Shown piece by piece: positions 61,906 through 64,000 of a stretch of DNA of 64,000 nucleotides (positions are counted from its first letter, which is position 1; every line of letters begins with the position of its first letter). The position numbers were made by a program, and so were the translations under genes. Below the pieces are notes generated by a model. The model was not told where the DNA came from, searched no databases, and saw nothing but the letters and a program-made list of their open reading frames with translations. This DNA is from a candidate division FCPU426 bacterium (GTDB taxonomy: Bacteria; Oederibacteriota; Muellerivitia; Muellerivitales; Muellerivitaceae), in assembly GCA_963796105.1 (NCBI GenBank), contig CAWCKJ010000002.1, positions 64,001 to 128,000 on the forward strand, read 5' to 3'.

Positions 61906-62955
61906 TTAAGAATCCCGCTTCTTTTCACGAACGGCCAATTCCAGGTCATGGTCCACCATGCGGCGGATCAACTGCCGGAAGGAAGTCTCGTTCCGCCAGC
62001 CCAGGACCCTCCGCGCCTTGGAGGCGTCGCCCCGCAGGAAATCCACCTCGGAGGGGCGGAAATAACGAGGGTCGATTTTTACGTGTTTTTTCCAGTCCAG
62101 GCCGGCGTAGCCGAACGCCTCCTCGGCCATTTCCCGGACCGAATAGGCCTTTCCGGTCGCCACGACGTAATCATCCGGCTTGGGTTCCTGGAGCATGAGC
62201 CACATGGCCTTGACGAACTCCTTGGCGTCCCCCCAGTCGCGTTTGGCGTCCAAGTTGCCCAGGAACAAGTCTTTCTGGAGGCCGGCCTTGATCCGGCCCA
62301 CGGCCCTGGTGACCTTCCGGGTGACGAAAGTCTCGCCCCGCCTTTCGCTCTCGTGGTTGAAAAGAATGCCGTTGGAAATATGGAGGCCGTAGGCCTCCCG
62401 GTAGTTCCTGGCGGACCAATAGGCGTAAAGCTTGGAGACCCCGTAGGGGCTCCTGGGGTGGAAGGGGCTGGTTTCGTTATAGCCGGACTTGGGACAGTCC
62501 ATGCCCCCGTAAAGCTCCGAACTGCTGGCCTGGTAGAAACGGGCCTTGGGACAGGCTCCCCTCATGGCTTCCAGGAGCTTGAGGGTCCCCACGCCGGTCA
62601 CCTCGCCGGTATATTCCGGCTGGTCGAAGGATACCATTACGTGGCTCATGGCGCCGAGGTTATAGATCTCATCCGGCCTGATCCGCGCCAGGAGCTTGTA
62701 TAGGCCCGAGGAGTCGGAAAGGTCCCCGTAATGGAGGAAAAACCTGCGGCCGTGGACGTGGGGGTCCTGGTAGATGTGGTCAATGCGTCCCGTGTTGAAA
62801 ACGGAGGATCGGCGGATGAGGCCGTGGACCTCATAGCCCTTTTCCAATAGGAGGTCTGCCAGCCAGGAACCGTCCTGGCCCGTGACGCCTGTCACGAAAG
62901 CTTTACGGCCCTTGGAGGATTTCCCGGCCTTACCGCTCATTTTCATTTCATTCAC
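61906..62955 (-). CDS. gmd: GDP-mannose 4,6-dehydratase
   Basis: [43 protein letters not shown]; start may be a few codons downstream. Confidence 0.97.
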   Translation of the reverse strand: MNEMKMSGKAGKSSKGRKAFVTGVTGQDGSWLADLLLEKGYEVHGLIRRSSVFNTGRIDHIYQDPHVHGRRFFLHYGDLSDSSGLYKLLARIRPDEIYNLGAMSHVMVSFDQPEYTGEVTGVGTLKLLEAMRGACPKARFYQASSSELYGGMDCPKSGYNETSPFHPRSPYGVSKLYAYWSARNYREAYGLHISNGILFNHESERRGETFVTRKVTRAVGRIKAGLQKDLFLGNLDAKRDWGDAKEFVKAMWLMLQEPKPDDYVVATGKAYSVREMAEEAFGYAGLDWKKHVKIDPRYFRPSEVDFLRGDASKARRVLGWRNETSFRQLIRRMVDHDLELAVREKKRDS

Positions 62956-63173
62956 TCCGGTTTCCTAAAGGGTGGAACGGCTTGACTCGAATGGGTGCCC
63001 TTAATAAGGAAGAATCATTTTAACTTGAAACCTCTGAAAAACTGAAATAAAGCTTCAAACAGAGGTTTCGACCCCAAAGATTTCCGCGCCATTTTTTCAC
63101 ATAAACCTATAAAGACAAAATGGCATGCCCAGTTATCTTAATCAGATTTCCAACCTAACTGGGCAGGAAATAG

Positions 63174-63495
63174 GCCGGGATAACCCGCCGACAGTACCGT
63201 CGGCCTGGGTCGGTAAGCTGAGATAACCCGCCGACAGTACCGTCGGCATGGGCCGGTAAGCCGAGATAACCCGCCGACAGTGCCGTCGGCATGGGTCGGT
63301 AAGCTGAGATAACCCGCCGACAGTACCGTCGGCATAGGCCGGTAAGCTGGGATAACCCGCCGACAGTACCGTCGGCATAGGCCGGTAAGCTGAGATAACC
63401 CGCCGACAGTGCCGTCGGCATGGGTCGGTAAGCCGGGATAACCCGCCGACAGTGCCGTGGGCATGGCCCGGTAAGCTGAGATAACCCGCCGACAG
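63174..63495. repeat. 43-bp tandem repeat, 7 full units plus a partial, each with a GCCGAC-N6-GTCGGC palindrome
   Basis: GATAACCCGCCGACAG at 63179, 63222, 63265, 63308, 63351, 63394, 63437, 63480. Confidence 0.95.
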
Positions 63496-63624
63496 AGCAT
63501 GAAAAAGGCGAAAAACGGGTATACATAGGTAAAAATGTTGACAGAAATCATATTTATTTTGGCCGGTTTATATTAATTTTTACCCTCTGAAACAAATACC
63601 TATCAAGACACCATGGAGGACGCC

Positions 63625-64000
63625 ATGGAAAATATTAGCCAGGATTCCTTAAATTGGCTGGGTGATCTCAATGACCTTTCCAAACAGGCGCGAAAGGACC
63701 CCACCAAAAGCAACACCGATTTGGCCAAGGAATTAGGCATCCACCGCGGGTCGGTCATTACCCTGAAAGTTCTTATAACCCTGCTCGACCCCTCCGCCAT
63801 TGAAAAGATCCAAAAGGCAGCGCGGGGGAAATACCCCTATACCCTGTCCTTCAGGCAAGCCACGGCCCTGGCCCGATTGGAAGGGGGGATAACCGGCAAA
63901 CCGGGGATTGTCCATGAAACGCTGGATATGGCCATTGCCCGTAGGTTAACCACCAAGGAAATTTTGGGGTTGGTGGCCCATGTCAAAAGCGGAAAACCGG
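63625..64000 (+). CDS. Partial ORF (runs off window) with ParB/Spo0J-like HTH region
   Basis: GGAGG RBS, open to window end; DLAKELGIHRGSV, LSFRQATALARL, LTTKEILGLV. Confidence 0.55.
   Translation, partial: MENISQDSLNWLGDLNDLSKQARKDPTKSNTDLAKELGIHRGSVITLKVLITLLDPSAIEKIQKAARGKYPYTLSFRQATALARLEGGITGKPGIVHETLDMAIARRLTTKEILGLVAHVKSGKP

Noticed and set aside
63174..63495. CRISPR array or coding repeat (three overlapping minus-strand ORFs)
   Set aside because: Units differ only by point changes; 43-bp period cycles through frames, so the ORFs are repeat artefacts.

Overview
Bacterial chromosomal window, GC-rich genes separated by AT-rich, repeat-packed spacers. Coding content: (i) three large secreted Thr/Pro-rich beta-propeller proteins, two with a near-identical C-terminal FlgD/Ig-like domain; (ii) a co-directional cluster (7.9-20 kb) joining a dedicated type II fatty-acid/polyketide module (KS, CLF-like KS, ACP, FabZ, FabG, PPTase, SDR, FAD oxidoreductase) to a PhcB-like SAM methyltransferase, a double-kinase sensor and a PhcR-like receiver-kinase, i.e. 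a candidate acyl-methyl-ester signalling system; (iii) many two-component genes; (iv) a RAYT-type HUH transposase with perfect 25-bp terminal inverted repeats, IS3, IS256 and IS1595 elements, toxin-antitoxin pairs; (v) gmd-fcl-glycosyltransferase. The most striking non-coding signal is a nested set of tiny palindromic elements: a ~75-bp double-hairpin unit (TGCC...GGCA ends, covarying stems, about 32 copies, three tandem arrays) whose filled and empty sites show a 2-bp TG/CG duplication, plus 62-bp, ~110-bp and 96/99-bp structured elements that insert into one another and into genes. All family calls are from motif recognition by eye, not database searches. No rRNA, tRNA or CRISPR array was seen.
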